Shown: positions 1 to 13,707 of the stretch, piece after piece
How positions within the stretch are numbered: the first letter of the stretch is position 1
Layout: every line of letters begins with the position of its first letter
Assembly (NCBI GenBank): GCA_011109175.1
Contig: RDEW01000050.1
Span: forward strand, 291,581-355,580
Length of the DNA: 64,000 nt
DNA from: Dicyema japonicum
Lineage: Eukaryota > Animalia > Dicyemida
Direction of reading: 5' to 3'
Position numbers and translations under genes: made by a program
The notes under the pieces: model-generated
Databases searched by the model: none
What the model was told of the DNA's origin: nothing
The model's input: the letters and a program-made list of their open reading frames with translations, nothing else

Positions 1-230
1 GACGCACCCGCTAACAAAGCGATGGAAGATTAATTTGACAGATGCGAAAAACCCTTCCGCGGACGACCTAGATCGACACTTCCGACAGCCCTAAACAAAG
101 ACTTAAATCGTGTGAGAAAAAATCTAAAGACGGGAGACGACCTGGACGAATTGAGATCACTCGCATTCGACAGAGGAAGATGGAAAAGACTAACTATAAA
201 TATTGTTTTTTTGAGTGTTGCACATGCGGG
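1..230 (+). mobile_element. 3' remnant of RTE-like LINE
   Basis: Translates to ...RGRPRSTLPTALNKDL...DLDELRSLAFDRGRWKRL, matching the C-termini of the RTE-like copies near 13500-13650 and 45680-45820. Confidence 0.55.
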
Positions 231-639
231 GCTATAATCATTATAGCTTTCGTGAAAGTGCTTTAATAATAATAATACCCATTTGGAGATCATCTTACAA
301 TCAAGAACGTGGCTTACACGATCATCATTCCTATATACTCTCCCTTCTCAAGTTGCTCAAAATGATATCGATCTGATCTCTTTTGAATCTCATCCTGTAG
401 GACATAGTCGTGTGAGGGGACGTCGATGGGAAACTAGATCAACGAGGAGAGCATATATCGTAGCAGATCGGAAGTCTCGTCATCCTAAATGACCATCTTT
501 AGCGCACACGTATAAGCTTTACGACCAGAGGAATTTAACACCTCCCCAGATATCTCCATTTGCTCCCCTAACATCGCTCTCCAGACGTCCTGGTCAGTGA
601 TATATGACGTTTCTTCTCACCACAACCCGAAACAAAAGG

Positions 640-1250
640 TCGAGGTGGAAGGAGATTGTCTAACGTCTGGACTTTCGGACTAGCCGACCTAGTTTTGGAA
701 TACCCTGAAATTCATTTTGTCTGGACAGAAACCACAACCTCCCTAATTTCTAACAACAAACTTCAGCATACAAAATCATTTCAAAAACAAGCAGAAAACC
801 TAATGGCCCATTACAGCAGAAATATGGCTACATCAAATAGTTTCCGCAAACTGAATCCCCCTTCGTCACTAAGTATTTCTCCAATCACAATTCGCTGGTT
901 GGAGATAGATGCCTTATTAATCAATACGAAGAGCTCTCCTCAAAAGGCCCAGACGGAATCTGCTATAACATTTAAAAAAGCCAAATGGACTGCGGCCCCT
1001 CACGGACAATTACCAAGCGTCTTTGAATTCGGGATTTGTGTCTATGCTCTGGAAACAATCCACAATAATCCCGATTCTCCAACCCAAAAAAGGATGCGAT
1101 CTATCGAATTATTTCCCTCCACATTACTGCATCAAAAATCCTCGAGAAATACATTCTCAATTTTATATACTAAACCTGTCTTCCTGTCTTCCACTGATAT
1201 TTTCATCAAAGAATATAATTTTCGACTTGCAGCGTAGGGAGGTCGGCCAT
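640..1250 (+). mobile_element. Decayed APE-type LINE (family A) fragment
   Basis: GPDGI motif (ggcccagacggaatc near 946) and degenerate RT-proximal motifs across frameshifts. Confidence 0.45.
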
Positions 1251-1259
1251 GAATAGGTT

Positions 1260-2110
1260 GAATAACAAAGGAGACAAAGGGATCATTGAGGAACACCATT
1301 CAGGAGAATCCGCGAAATAGATTTTGAATGCACCATCCAACTGCTAAGGAAGTTAGCTAACCAGAGTTAAAGCTTTCAGGTATTTTTTGGAAAGATTTCT
1401 AAGTAAGAATCATCCTTGACACTGATTTGAAAACTTTATGAACGTCAATGGAGCATAGTAGTCTTATGTGTCCCGGCCTGATCGAAAAGCCATATCATAT
1501 AACGTTAGTCAAGGATGATAAATGAGTAGAAGTAGACCTCTCTTCTTTAAAACCATGTTGAAATGCCAAGTCCGGGAGAAAATACTTGAATTTTGACAGT
1601 ACCAATCTTTCCAGGATTTATGACAACGAAGACAATAACGAGAACGGTCTGTATTAAGACGGATCCTTCCTCAATTTTCCGAGTTTCAAAATTGGACGTA
1701 GGTGTCCAAGCTTCCATAAGGCTGGAATAGAATTTTTGTTAATAGTGGTTGAGTATCGTCGTTAATGCAGCGATTTTATATTTCCAAGATTCTTCTGGGA
1801 TCATTGGGATTTTGTTTAGTTTGTTAGAATAAATTGTTTTAATGACATATTTTTCACGTTGTTTTTAGTGAAGTAAATCATATCAGGTTCCCTTTAGGTT
1901 TACTGAGATATAAATGAGGTACATTGGACTATTTATGGTCCTTGCTCTCTTCCAAACTTCTGCAGTGGATCTATTTCGGTTCAAAGACGAGAGCATATGC
2001 ATCCATCTCGATTTTTGTGCTTTGAACTACCTGTTTTTCATTTCAGATCAAACCATCAGCCTGAGCTTATCCTCTGTAGTTAATCGGACAGATTTTTTCA
2101 GTCGATTTCT
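1260..2110 (-). mobile_element. Decayed LINE family A reverse-transcriptase fragment
   Basis: Minus strand gives WKLGHLRPILK, YRP, FQHGFKEERST and DVHKVF-like motifs. Closely similar in nucleotide sequence to 48720-49240. Confidence 0.7.
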
Positions 2111-3099
2111 TCCTTTTAGTAAGGACGACTTAACATATCCATCCCGGGATTTTCAACAATGACACGTGCGAAAGCGTCCGAAAGACACTGATTGAATACA
2201 AACACGTGGATTGAAACCTTAGTCCAAACCACGTGTAAGTTAATAGAACTCAACAAAGCATCTCCCAATAGCAAGTAGTCATTGATATAGTTAAATATTT
2301 GTACAAACTTGTATACGTGGTATATGTGATAGAAAGTGACTCTATTTAGTTGGGTGTACTGGGGGTTACCACACTCTCTATCCACTGTTCCACACAGTCC
2401 CTACAACTTAGTAAGTCATCCTACAGTGAGTTACCTTCAACCAATGATCACGTAATGTCCCGTGGTGCACTCTAAGCCTTGTGTGACTTAATCTTAGAGT
2501 TATCATGTAGTAGTGAATAAGTGCACGTGACATGATATTGGTATAACAGTCAACAGTCTCTTCATTATGCTCACTAGTAGTTCGGCACTTACCAACATTG
2601 TACCAAAAATTGAACAGCTATTTTCTGAAAAGCAGGATCAAAAATCACACTAACTCTAAATATTATGATTTTTTAATTTTGTTAGTTTTTTTATTAAATT
2701 GTTTTGTTACATGTGGTCCCCAGAAAAATTCATTAACAACTGTGTCGTGCCAGAAGGACTCGTCGCCTCACGGGTGGGATCTGTTTGACAAGAATTCGCT
2801 GAAAACTCTATCTTTCGGATTTGAACCTACGAATTTGGCTGTTAAGGAATTGATCTTGTACAAATTTGATATTGAAACTCTAAAACCCATAAAGCACAAG
2901 CTTACTCAACCGTCAAGAAGCATAGATTCATGGAAGATGATAATAAAATTGATTATGTAATCATAAATATAGTATATTTTTTTACATTATCATAAAAAAA
3001 TAACAATTTTTAATTTTCTAATTGTCGAAAAAAATACATTCTAAGAATTTCCTGGCCAAAGCACATCTCAAACGGACACCTCTATTCGCATTACAATAT

Positions 3100-3400
3100 T
3101 TACCTATTAAACGGAGAAATAAAAAGTAACAGGCTTATTTGGTCACATCCTAAGAATGGACAGGAATACTCCCGCTAATCTCGTGATGGAACACCACATC
3201 TGGGATCGACTTTCAGGGGAAGACCACGAATTACTCTGCCAACCCTACTATATCAAGACCTAACTACGATTGGGAAAGGGTTGACGTCGGCAGATGATAT
3301 TGAGCACCTGAGGGACGTATCGAGGAACAGAGGGAACTGGAATCGATTAACAAAACGCATCTAGAAAAGGGTGGCACAAGCGAGATAACTTTACTAACGT
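3100..3400 (+). mobile_element. 3' remnant of RTE-like LINE
   Basis: LFGHILRM, FRGRPRITLP and RNRGNWNRL-like motifs. Confidence 0.55.
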
Positions 3401-3613
3401 TATTTTGAGGTGTAAAAATTAAGTAATTTCTAGTGTGAATGAATCAGAGAAAATAACGTAAAACGACTGAACCATTATTAAATTTGTCACTAGTCAAACT
3501 TTAATAGACAAGACTTTTATAAATAATTTCATAGAGAAATCTTGTAAAGCAAAATGTTTATGTAAATTTTCAATTGGTTAGTAAAACATTAAATTTAATT
3601 TATAAAGAATTAT

Positions 3614-3685
3614 GGCCTTATAGCTCAGTGGTAGAGCATTGGTCTTGTAAACCAAGGGTCGAGGGTTCGACTCCCTCTGGGGCCT
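3614..3685 (+). tRNA. tRNA-Thr (anticodon UGU)
   Basis: 72-nt cloverleaf: acceptor GGCCTTA/TGGGGCC, D arm GCTC/GAGC, anticodon arm TTGGT-CTTGTAA-ACCAA, T arm GAGGG-TTCGACT-CCCTC, followed by a T-run terminator. Confidence 0.95.
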
Positions 3686-3721
3686 ATTTTCTTTTATGTT
3701 TATTTCTAAAACCTGATAGTT

Positions 3722-4251
3722 TTTTTTGTGTGGGTCGTTTCCCCAGGCACTCCTGTCTTAACATGACATTAAAGAATTCCCTTGCCTCTGCTGGACACCA
3801 TTGCCTGTTAGAACCTGCTGGTCTTTCCCGAAACGATGGAAAACGCCCTGATGGGATGACGACTTTTCCATTCGTCAACGGATGAAACCTGATCTGGGAC
3901 GCGACGTGTGTTGATACTTATTCCCCGTCTAATTTGGTAGCTTCTGCTTCAGACCCAGGACATGCTTCAAAGCAGGCCGAGGAAAGAAAGAGGAGGAAGT
4001 ACCAGAGAATTTCGGGAGAGTATCTTTTTGTTCCATTCGCGGTGGAAACGTCAGGAATTCTTGGCCTCCAAGCAGATGAGTTGGTTCGTAAGATCGGCTC
4101 CATGATTCAAGCTGTGACCAAGGATCCGCGAGAGACTGGTTGGTTCCGAGAAACGTATCTCGTTGGCTATTGTTAGGGGAAATAGCATGGCCATTCAGAT
4201 GCCTTAATTTAATTTTTATTCATTTGATAATAAAATTTCTTTTAACTAAAA
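3722..4251 (+). mobile_element. 5'-truncated CRE-clade non-LTR retrotransposon (RLE domain only)
   Basis: LEPAGLSRNDGKRPDGMTTFPF, WDATCVDT and FVPFAVETSG motifs, plus an A-tail. Flanked by AAAACCTGATAGTT (3708-3721) and AAAACCTAATAGTT (4252-4265). Confidence 0.85.
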
Positions 4252-4399
4252 AAAACCTAATAGTTAACAAAATAAATATGTTGGTTATTTGATAGGATTT
4301 GATAAAAGAGCATCCTTCTAGTATGTTTATTGTCTGAAAAATCACAGTTGATGCATTTCCAGATTTCTGAGAATTTTGTGCATAATCTTGCACTTCCTT

Positions 4400-6346
4400 T
4401 TTTTCATAATAAAAATTTATTAACAATAAAATATTATTTATTAACTATGGGGGAGAGCGGCTGCTGACATCACGGAGTAAGCGTTTCCGCGGACAACTGC
4501 GATACCAATTCTTTGCCTCAGCCAGACCGCTTCCCGCACGCCTTTCTTGCGGTAGGCCAATTTTTCCCCGATTTCCTTTAGGATAAAAGCTGTAATACTT
4601 CCGGCCGCACCAGACGTCTCGATTGCTACCGGTACAAAACGGTAGCGGTCTCCAATTTCGCTATATTTTTTAATCTTGATTTTCTCGGCCAGATCGGCTG
4701 CCGATCCAGCAGACTGCGCCGAGCTGAGTATCATCGAGTTCGAGAAAGAATCAACAACAGTGCAGTCCCATACGAGCGATTTTCCCTCAGTGAACGGAAA
4801 GATAGTTAACCCATCCTGTCTTTTCCCATCTCCGCGGTCCAATCCTACAGGCTCCAGTACTGCCGGGAAGCCTGTCGCTTCAAGAGCTCGCATGACAATG
4901 TTGTTCATAGCAGCATGGCGGGGTGCTCTTCCCGCACTCCTTTTGCATGAGAGCGGGTGCAGCCCTTTGGAATCGACGATCCCTCCACAACGACATTGGT
5001 GTTCGACGCAAACATCAACTCCCAGGTGTTGTGCGATCCCAATCCGAATGCAGTCATCGTCAAAAAGGGTCCCCAGGGAGGAACACTGGAGTGCATCCAG
5101 CCACGCTCCGCTCCCATGGTTAGCGGCGAACACGAGGCATGTAAGACGATGCTGGTTGGCCTCAGACTTTAGCACGTCGAAGATATTCTTGGAGTAGATC
5201 TCATCCCAGTCACGTTGCCTCGAAGGATCGTTCGGCATATCCAAACCAGTTTCACACCATTCGCGACGAGCTTCGTCGAAGACTCTTTCCCAAGAAAGTC
5301 CGGTTGTAAAACGTAGGATTTCTTGGAGCAAAAGGCTTCCACTTGAGAGCGATGACACATATGCTGGAAAGGCGATCTCCAGCGCCGACCTGAGACCCGT
5401 TCCTCCGGGCGTGTAGAAAGCTAGCATTGGTTCCAACTCGGCACATCAAAGTGGATGTTTAGAAGCAATTCAGCTGATTTTATCAATGTCCTATCCAGTG
5501 ACAGAAGGATGTCATGATGTTTGAAGCAGGGAGAACATCGGAGAGCATATAGGAGTTTGGGCAAGCCGATGCTATTTTTCAAAAGGAAGAAAACTGTATG
5601 ACCATCGAGTAAGGAGAGTTTCTCCGTGACTCTGGAGAGTTCATCCTCTTTTGTTTGTAGATGGCTCCGCAGTTCCTTTTCGTCAAGTGGGCACCCAAGA
5701 AAGTATGTCCGCTTTCTGGGTACGACAGTAATTCTAGGTAGTACCGAGTTGAAAGACTCGACCACGTTAATGAAATCACTCTTCGAGTATGTGATATTTA
5801 TTAGCTCCGATTTCTTTATGTTTATCTCAAGTCCGAGGTTTCGTAGTGCCGGCATGGCATGTGACAGAACGTCGTGTACTTTTCTCACGGCCCTCCAATT
5901 GTGGCGTCATCGAGATACCAAAGGTTAAGTTGTGTGTTTATAGAGCGGACAATTTCATCAATGGCCAGAGCGAAGAGTAGTGGACCAAGTGGGTCTCCTT
6001 GTTGAACTCCGGTCTCCAGTCTCATTCTTGACATATTTCCCGGAAGCACGAATTTGGCGGTAATCTTCCGGAGGACATGGATGTTTATGTCTGAGTAGTT
6101 CCAGCACCTCAGGTGTCGCAGCCATAACAGTTTCGTCGCTGGCGACGACACCCAACGCCGCTTGGACGTCGCCTTCGTCAAAAAGTCACCGCAAGACGAG
6201 CAGAAAAGTCCATATTTGCGTGCATTGACAAAACCGCATGTAATGTCCAGTCTCTTGGGTGTAATGTGTGTTGCTCCATTGTATGAACGACGCTCCATGA
6301 TGATGCAATTACTCACCACAAGACCACACGTTTTTTTTAATTTTAT
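4400..6346 (-). mobile_element. CRE-clade retrotransposon, internally deleted and frameshifted
   Basis: GVQQGDPLGPLLFAL and WYLDDATIGG (RT), CRCG..HPLSC, RH, and RLE motifs. Near-identical to 59837-61166. Flanked by a 79-bp direct repeat. Confidence 0.9.
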
Positions 6347-7074
6347 GTATGTTTATTGTCTGAAAAATTACAGTTGGTGCATTTCCAGATTTCTGAGAAT
6401 TTTTTGCATAATCTTCCACTTCCTTGTCCGAAATAAAACTTGTATTTTAAATTTTTTTGTTGAAACAGGAATTAAGTCAAAGTTTTGGAAAATTAACATC
6501 TAACAGCAAGCCTTTTGTTTTTAAAACACCGAGAGAGCTTGTCTAGAAAAACGATTGACAAGTTCTAGTTCTGATGAAACCTTTGAGATTTTCTTCTCAG
6601 CGTTCTCTAACCACGTACTCTGCGGCTTAAACATTCACAATAGATAGCATGCCGTCCGATCTCGAGTTCAATGCGTATGGGGAACATAGCCTTAGCCATT
6701 GAACTGGTGACCAGCCTAACAGCATGAAGCTTTCTTCTTTTTTTTACAAGGCAATCATAGCTATAGTGGTCTCTGCAACGGTTTTTATATAAACAGATCA
6801 CAATTTTCGAATTAGAGGGCTGTTTTTCAGAATTAGTTTGAAAGTTTCATTATGACGTCTTTAATTTTGTGATTGGCGGTCCTAAATGACGAAACGGCAT
6901 CCGGTTTGTTAACATAGAGAACCTTGCTTTCCAGTAACTGAAATTCAGTACCGAAAACTCCAGTACCTTTACATGTAATTCGAACCTTCTCTGTCAAATT
7001 GAAGCGACATGGAACGTTCGCCAGTCTCATTTTTAGCCCAGACTCCTTTCAAAAGTGAAATTTAATATACGAAA

Positions 7075-7530
7075 TTATAAATAAACCGAACATTGTGGTA
7101 TACGATAAGGAGTCTGACCGAATCCTTAATCATAGAGGTAGACATACGTCCCAAGACCGTTTACAAACTGTGGAGATAGAGAAAAAAGGAAATATGAAAG
7201 CCTTGCACATGAGATGGGGCAGATACTTGGTTGAAAGGTCCCCGTTATTCCAATAGTAATGAGGTGGGAAGAAATTGCGACTAAGTATCACAAGGGGTAT
7301 ATAAGACAGTTAGGGTATCTAGACAGTAGATGAGAAGCTCCAGGCATACCTACAGACCACTGTTTTAAAATGAGCCCTAGAATGTTTTACACTGGAGTAC
7401 ATGCAGCAGAGTCCGGAAATGCCATATGTGCATAATCTCAATTATACAAAAGTTCTTGGAGCTGTTTCAGCAACCGGAATCAAACCTTCCTTGGGAGAAA
7501 GGCGAACAGGCAGGCGAAGAAGTTTATTAA
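7075..7530 (+). mobile_element. 3' remnant of R4/Dong-like RLE element
   Basis: Aligns by eye to 29510-29940 (NKPNIVVYDKES...SQDRLQTVE...YLQTTVLK), with stops. Confidence 0.85.
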
Positions 7531-8199
7531 TGATTAAAATAGTTAATTATAGGGTTTCCTGACGTTAACGTCACTTCCCTGACAAATAGCGTCACTTTCT
7601 AATCATTAAGATTGATATAAAAATAAATATATTTTTTGGATAAAAGAACATCTTAAAACTCATAATAAGGTCGGATTTTCAGTATCTTAAAGACCAAGAC
7701 GAGGAAGAGCTGTTTCAGGATCTTCTATAGAGGCCATCAGAACCAGAAATTGCACTAATGACTATTTTTTCTGGAATGCTAAAAAATAGTGTTATGAAGA
7801 GAGAATTGAAGACCCGATATTTATAATGCCCGTATTCATCACTATACGGAAATAAAAGAATTTATTGAAATAGCAAACATTCATGTTCCATTACCTGTGA
7901 TCCTTAAATGTCGTTCAAAATTGAATTTTTGCAAGAGGGTTAAGTCGAGGTACTCTCATATTTTATTATCCGACAATATCAATTTCCACGTGGAAAATAT
8001 TGTGTCTCTTATAATTAGTAAGAATTATAAAGTAGCATAACAACCATAATTTTGACATTGTCATTCAAGTTGAGTGTGGTCCCTTTCTCCTGACATGCCT
8101 CAACCTGACGTTAAAAATGTACTTTCCTCTAAACACCACTGTTTTTGGAGCCCACTGGTTTCTCCTGAACGATTTAAACACTCGGACTCAAATCAAGAC

Positions 8200-8505
8200 A
8201 GCCTGTCTGGTTGTTCGGAGATGCGAGGAAAATAGAATTTTTATAAATACTTTCCAAGTAGACATCATAGGAGAGATAGTCACGCAGTCAGGGCATCCGC
8301 TATATGACCTTTGCTAATTTTTTCCGTTATCGGATTGTCTATAAAGGACATGCACACAAAAATAAGAAAAAAATAGTGAAGAGCATTCCTTGGTTCTAAC
8401 AACGATTAGTCATAATAACTGTTCTTGACTTAAATAAAGTGTGTGTCCTGCCTGAACAGAGCTATAGCTAATATGGCTCTGCGTATAAGTGCGGTTTTTT
8501 ATTTA
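8200..8505 (+). mobile_element. 3' end of a Jockey-like LINE (family J)
   Basis: Shares a ~120-bp terminal sequence (cattccttggttcta...gtgtgtcctgcct...tatggctct) with 32320-32440 and partly with 40960-41020. Confidence 0.45.
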
Positions 8506-8639
8506 TTGTATGTCGACCAACTCCTTTCACCTTTTTACGAGAATTTCCGTGAATACTAAAAATAATTGAGGGGCTTTAAAGAACGTCGATCTCTAACTTT
8601 TTTATAGTGACTGAATGATACAATAAGATTTATTCTTAA

Positions 8640-10870
8640 GATACCAAACAACAAACGTGTTAGGGACGATGATCTTAATTTATAATAGTTTCCGAATTCT
8701 TCTCGAATGATCCATTGGAGATTTTACTGTTTATCTGAAAATGCATCCACAAATGTCTCCAAAGGGACTCAATCTGAGTATCCTTCTTCAGTGCTGATTT
8801 GGATTCCTCTGAGTGAATTATCTTGTTTCCAAATGGATTTCCTGTTTTTTCAGTAATGCTAAAGAACATGGGGAGTTTTTTGTTGATTTTTCTGAAAGGA
8901 GGGTGGCGAGGAATGGACTCTTCGGCAAAGAATGATCATAACCCTATTCTGCTAAAAATCAAAATCGAAATTACCAGTGGAAAGAAGAAACCTGCATATA
9001 CAATCTTGCAAATAGGCAATTATTCCGATCAGTTACTGACCAACATTTGGCTAACATACAGCTGGAAAACTTTACTTCCCTTGATATAGTGGTTGCCTAC
9101 TTCAACAAAGTCATCCTGGAAGCAAGAACAATGGCTGTCCCTAAAAGATATGTCGTTTACACGAGAGAGTACGGAAGGCTCTGGTCAAGGAACGAAACCG
9201 TCTCAAAAAAGCAAGGATCCGTCTAAAAGTGCTGAACGAGGAAATAAAATCCAATGAATTCAAAATACAGAGAGCTAAATGGAAGATTGTCCTTACGTCA
9301 TTAAATCGTAACCGGTCAACATCCGAAGTCTGGAAGACAATTCGAAATAACTCGAAGGTGGATGAGAGGACACCCGGAAATGACGAATTCAGCCAAAAGG
9401 ACCTAAACGCCCTAATAAAATACTACGCGAAAATCTCTCACAAAAACCACATGAGGACTGACCCACACAAACCGCCGCTAAGAAACCCGAAAAGGGATCA
9501 ATTAACTTATTTCACGGAAACGGAAATAATGGCATCTCTAAGACAAACAAAAGAAACACATTCTCATGGTCCAGACGGAATTCCCATAATCCTCCTGAAG
9601 AACCTAGGCAATGAGGGAATCGGTACCCTGACCAAGATCTACAACTGTCGATTAATTATTACTCAATCCCAACGATATGGAAACTTGCAAACATTCGCCC
9701 AATATTGAAGCCATGAAAACCGAAAGAAGACCCAGCTTCCTTCAGGCTTATTTCTCTCTTATGTTCCATGTCAAAAATTCTGGAAAAGCTTATCCTCGCA
9801 AAAATCACTGAAAGGACTCCCGATAAACCGTTCCAGCATGGTTTCAAAAAGGATCGGTCCACAACGAGCTTCTTCACAACCCTGACTAGCTTTATTTTCT
9901 ACGGATTTCTGTGCAAGCCAAAACACCAGAAAACTGTGTGTGCTCACTGGACGTCCACAAAGTGTCGACTCTGTGCCGAGGAAGAACCTAACATGGAAAA
10001 TCTACCAATCAGATATCCCTGAAAACCTCAAACGCTGGCTGATGAACTTCCTTAGCGGACAAAGAGGTAGAGTGTGCATTGAAACATTCATTCTGTCTCC
10101 CGTTTATTCCCAAATGGAGTACCCCAGGGCTTGCCGCTATCACCATTACTATTCAACCTATTTACGGCTGACATTCCGACGCCGAATGGAGAAGACGACC
10201 TGCTTATGGCTTATGAAGACGATATCGTCTTAGCCTCACGGGATCAGAACACTCAAACAGCGACGGAAAGAATACAACACCACATGGATCGACTACTCGA
10301 GTGGTTTAATGAAAATCGGATGTCAATCAATACCGAAAAATCAATTACAACTCTCTCGGACAAAAGATTGTCGAACAGGACAATAAAAGTTACTGCACAG
10401 GGAAGAGAATTGCCGTTCAGCAAATGGCAAAAAATATTGGGTTTTACTTTTCGTGACATGTAACGTGTTGAACAAATGTGAGAAGAAAATCAACCTTCTG
10501 AAATGCCTAACAGGTCTAAGGAAAATTGGATATCAGCTTATACTTAAAACTTCTACTCACAGTACATCGAACCATGCATTCCATATGCGTGTATTTTATG
10601 GGGACCACTGGCCTCTTATACAAACATCCATAAAATCTCCGCAACCCAGAAATAGGCTTTCAAACTAACGGAGAGATGGTACACAGAGGAAATCATTAAA
10701 TCACCAACGCCCATGGAGAAACTTATCAAAAAAAAACAAAAATGGACACCAATGCGAAAAAGGAAGTGCTCACCCGCAACGAACTTGTGTAGGCTCAAGG
10801 GATCAACATCGAGCAAAGATGAGAGCCTTCGTCGGGATCACTTAGTTTAGTTTTTTTGGTTTAACAGTGG
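8640..10870 (+). mobile_element. Decayed near-full LINE family A (APE-RT; I/Jockey group, clade uncertain)
   Basis: NDHNPI (APE end), GPDGIP, FRLISLLCSMSKILEK, FQHGF, GVPQGLPLSPLLFNLF, YEDDI and KILG motifs. Terminal GGGATCACTTAG. Confidence 0.8.
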
Positions 10871-10889
10871 TCTTTGGAATTAATTTTAA

Positions 10890-13700
10890 TTTAATGCGAG
10901 AGGACTAACATCATACGTAAAAAGACAACACTTATTTGCGGACCTCCAACGATATAGAATATCTGTATGCTGTCTCCAGGAAACTAAAGTCCCCAATAGC
11001 CTGGATGAAACAATGAACGGGTATCGACTTCTCCTGTTGCCGTCAGATTGCCGACATTATGGTATGGTGTTCGCTATACGCGTGGACGTAACTGTGGTGA
11101 CTCATAGAGCATGGAGTATCAACGACAGGATTGCCATCCTCTAACTACGCCTCGGAAACAACCGTAATACTACTCTATCGATTATCAAATTATATGCACC
11201 CACCACAGTGAGGGTAACCGCCAACGCAGAAGAACTTGACAATTTCTACTCGTCCTTATCATCGGCTTACTCCTTCCTGTCAAACTCCTACATGATCTTT
11301 ATAGCAGGAGACTGGAATTCAAAAGTGGAGAAAAAGCGGGACAAATCAAATTGCTTGGGCAGCCACGTTCGAGGGATCAGAAATCTGTCCGGGGAGGCCA
11401 TTATACACTTTTGCGAGTCATTTGGACTATTCCTTTGTAACACGGCGTTCGACATGCATTACAACATATTACGACGTGGACATGGCAGAGGAGAGACTCC
11501 TGTGGAAATCGAGTCATATATTTAACCAAATCAACTACATGCTATGAAGGCAAATACAGAAGAGGCTACTCACGGACTCCCGTACGTACAGTGGTATAAT
11601 GACCTCCGGTGATCACAGACTACTAGTGACACGTCTCATTCTAAAGTGACGCATTGGAATCTCTGGAGCACTGACAGCATGTATACGGAGCTATGTGCTT
11701 CCGACAATACCCGTAAAAAATACGGCGAGAAAATATCGAAACTGTTGGAAAATGTCGACACGAATATGTTATCCGGGGTGATGTGGAAGAATATTTCTAT
11801 CAGAGTCTGGTAGGCTGCTGGGATGGTACTGGGAAATCGCTCAAAGAGGTTGAAGGGAACTTTTGACAAAGAGAGAACTGTAAAAAAACCAAAGGACCTC
11901 CGACTATTAATCTAGTCGTCAGACTCGACAAGCCTCACTGACTCTCTTAAAAGAGAATGTAACAGAATCAAATACAAAATGAAGAGAAGAGTAAGGGAAG
12001 TAGCCCGGCATACACTGGATAACTTGGCAAAATGTACAAACATGGTGCAAGAATGTTTTCTGTGGTTAAACAATTATCCCGCAATACCAGAGCGGAAAGA
12101 ATCCTAGTTCTTGATGATACAGGAAAAGTAATAATCAACGGCCAGGAATCAGCAAATAAATTTGCCGCTTTATTAAAAAAACGACTAAATGTCAATGAAC
12201 ATTGAAACCGTTCGAAGGAATTCCCAGAGACTTGAATCAAAGTATCACGCATTACAAGTCGTTTCAGCCTTGGGTAAGCTCAAGAATGGCAGGGCCCCTG
12301 GACCGGACAACGTGAATGCAGAATTATTGAAATACGTGCCAGACAGGGTGGCTGAGTTAATCTGCATAGTGCTGATAGGAACGTTCAAATGACACAGTCC
12401 ATTGAATGGAACCTTTGTCCCAATTCAGAAAACTGGAAAGGAAAGAGGCAATCTAAACAGTCTACGTCGATTACACTAATGAATAAGGAAAATACTCTCC
12501 CTTCTTGTGCTGGATCGTATTTCAGGCCCTGTAAATGAGTTCCTGAACCCAAATCAAAGTGGATTCGAACCTGGAAGGTCGACGGGAGTTGTATGGAGCC
12601 ACAGGTGAATGTGTGCAATGTGCCAGAAACACAAAAAAGAAATCTCAATCCTTGGAATTGACTTATTCCGTGCTTTCGACACTATCAACCGCAAGAAGCT
12701 AATGCACGTACTGGAGAATATTCTAGACGAGGATGCATCACGTATGATCAGATTTTTACTCTCCAACACATCGCTATCAGTGCACGTGGGAAACAAGAGT
12801 TAAAACCGACCCCAGCGCACCACATGGAGACTCGTTATTCCCGGTCCTATTCATAATATACCTGGAGGCAGCTCTAAGACCTCTCCAGAAAAAGAATCGT
12901 TTCACTAACCTGATAGAAGTAATCTACGCCGATGATATTGATTTCGTCTGCCGGGATAGGGATACGCTGGAAACTATACTAAAAGTGATCCTTCAAGGAT
13001 TGGAAGACTGGTCCCTGGTAGTAAACCCAGACAAAACGGAAAGAACTAGCATATTCCGTTGCACGAAGAGAAACGAGGAAAAGTGGAGAACATGCAAAAA
13101 AAGTTGGATCTCTCATCGGGGACTCGGAGGAAGTCATTCACAGAAAAGTTCTGGCGGTTGCTTCTTTCAAAAAATTGTGGGGGATCTGGATGCAACGAAA
13201 GTACATAGGCACTCGCCTTCGAATTCGGTTGTACAACTCTTTTATTGAACCAATTCTACTTTATAACGCGGGGACCTGGGGCCTAACCACCAAAGAACTA
13301 GAAAACCTCAACTTTTTCCACAGAAAATAACTGCGACTTCTGGGAGTCTACTGGCCAAACCGGATAACCAACAACGAGTTATATAGAATTACTCAAACAA
13401 CAAAGATTGGGAATAAAGTTACTTCTGCGAAATGGCAGCTCTTTGGACATATCCTAAGAGCTTCGGAAATGGCACCGGCCAATCAGGCCATGGAATCATA
13501 CTTTTCTGTATTAAACAAAACAACGTATCGAGGTCGACAAAGAACTCACTTTGATAGGAAGAAGACGGAAAACAGCAGAGGATCTGGATGATCTGAGAGC
13601 GGATGCGAGAAACAGGGGAGGATGGAAACGACTCACAGCGCGTGTCCAGAGATGCATGGCGAAAGTGGAATCTAAAATTAGTTAACTTTTTGATTCCGCG
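10890..13700 (+). mobile_element. Decayed near-full RTE-like LINE (APE + RT)
   Basis: CCLQETK, YAPT, AGDWNSKV and DHRL (APE). KNGRAPGPDNVNAELLK, QSGF, GIDLFRAFDTI, YADDIDF and ILLYNAGTW (RT). Multiple stops and frameshifts. Confidence 0.85.
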
Positions 13701-13707
13701 GACATTG

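Noticed and set aside
3574-3885. 103-aa ORF
   Set aside because: Chance read-through of tRNA-Thr and the adjacent CRE fragment.
4676-5197. 173-aa plus-strand ORF, also present at 60119-60640
   Set aside because: Antisense shadow of the CRE coding strand; conserved only because the copies are near-identical.
8440-8500. Hammerhead ribozyme
   Set aside because: No copy has both CUGANGA and GAAA, and stems I and III cannot be formed.
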